A stretch of DNA of 24,000 nt from Methanoplanus endosymbiosus (GTDB lineage Archaea > Halobacteriota > Methanomicrobia > Methanomicrobiales > Methanomicrobiaceae), in assembly GCF_024662215.1 (NCBI RefSeq), contig NZ_CP096115.1:2468935-2492934 (forward strand), given 5' to 3'. A program made the position numbers and the translations under genes. The notes under the pieces are model-generated. The model saw only the letters and a list, made by a program, of their open reading frames with translations, had not been told where the DNA came from and made no database searches. This document shows positions 23,944 to 24,000 of this stretch, one piece after another. Numbering within the stretch: position 1 is the stretch's first letter; each line of letters begins with the position of its first letter.

Positions 23944-24000
23944 TGTATGATAATATTGTTTCCTGCCTTATATTAGATTTTACCCCATGCTATGTCGGGA

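Noticed and set aside
17869-24000. Looked for an att-type direct repeat of the tRNA-Ala 3' half and for an integrase, to call a bona fide integrated element
   Set aside because: Visual inspection of this window found neither. I therefore report only a tRNA-adjacent island, not a defined integrative element.
1-24000. CRISPR arrays, rRNA genes, recoding events (in-frame stops suggesting Sec/Pyl, frameshifts)
   Set aside because: I saw no series of regularly spaced repeats; the only tandem repeat is the 22-mer x2 at 21948-21991. There is no rRNA-like sequence. All major ORFs are uninterrupted.

Overview
This looks like a chromosomal segment of a methanogenic euryarchaeon. That assignment is inferred from gene content only: a Fae/Hps fusion enzyme, an Isf-type iron-sulfur flavoprotein, a DUF2070-like membrane protein, a deaminase/MTAP-family phosphorylase pair, and an intron-containing tRNA-Trp whose intron is a box C/D guide RNA. 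Methanomicrobia, possibly Methanomicrobiales, is the best guess. Positions 1 to about 17.8 kb are mostly housekeeping genes: cardiolipin synthase, Fae/Hps, acyl-CoA synthetase, MTA/5'-deoxyadenosine-type deaminase, MTAP-family phosphorylase, nicotinate phosphoribosyltransferase, an AIM24/TIGR00266 protein, a pentapeptide-repeat protein, a large membrane protein, a FIST protein, Isf and a polyprenol-kinase-like protein. Two small insertions interrupt this block. One is a hicB-hicA cassette bracketed by a ~230-bp direct duplication of the fae-hps 3' end. The other is a tnpA-less IS200/IS605-type element carrying only tnpB, with recognisable LE and RE hairpins. From tRNA-Ala(GGC) at 17.8 kb to the window end the content switches to an accessory toxin-antitoxin/defence island: vapBC, a stand-alone type I restriction subunit hsdR, an MNT nucleotidyltransferase coupled to a RecG-C-terminal/HATPase_c_4-like protein instead of a HEPN toxin, and a second hicBA. 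The MNT + HATPase_c_4-like pair is the best candidate for an undescribed module. The self-targeting C/D intron of tRNA-Trp is the best-supported RNA feature. No CRISPR array, rRNA gene, integrase or tnpA was seen.
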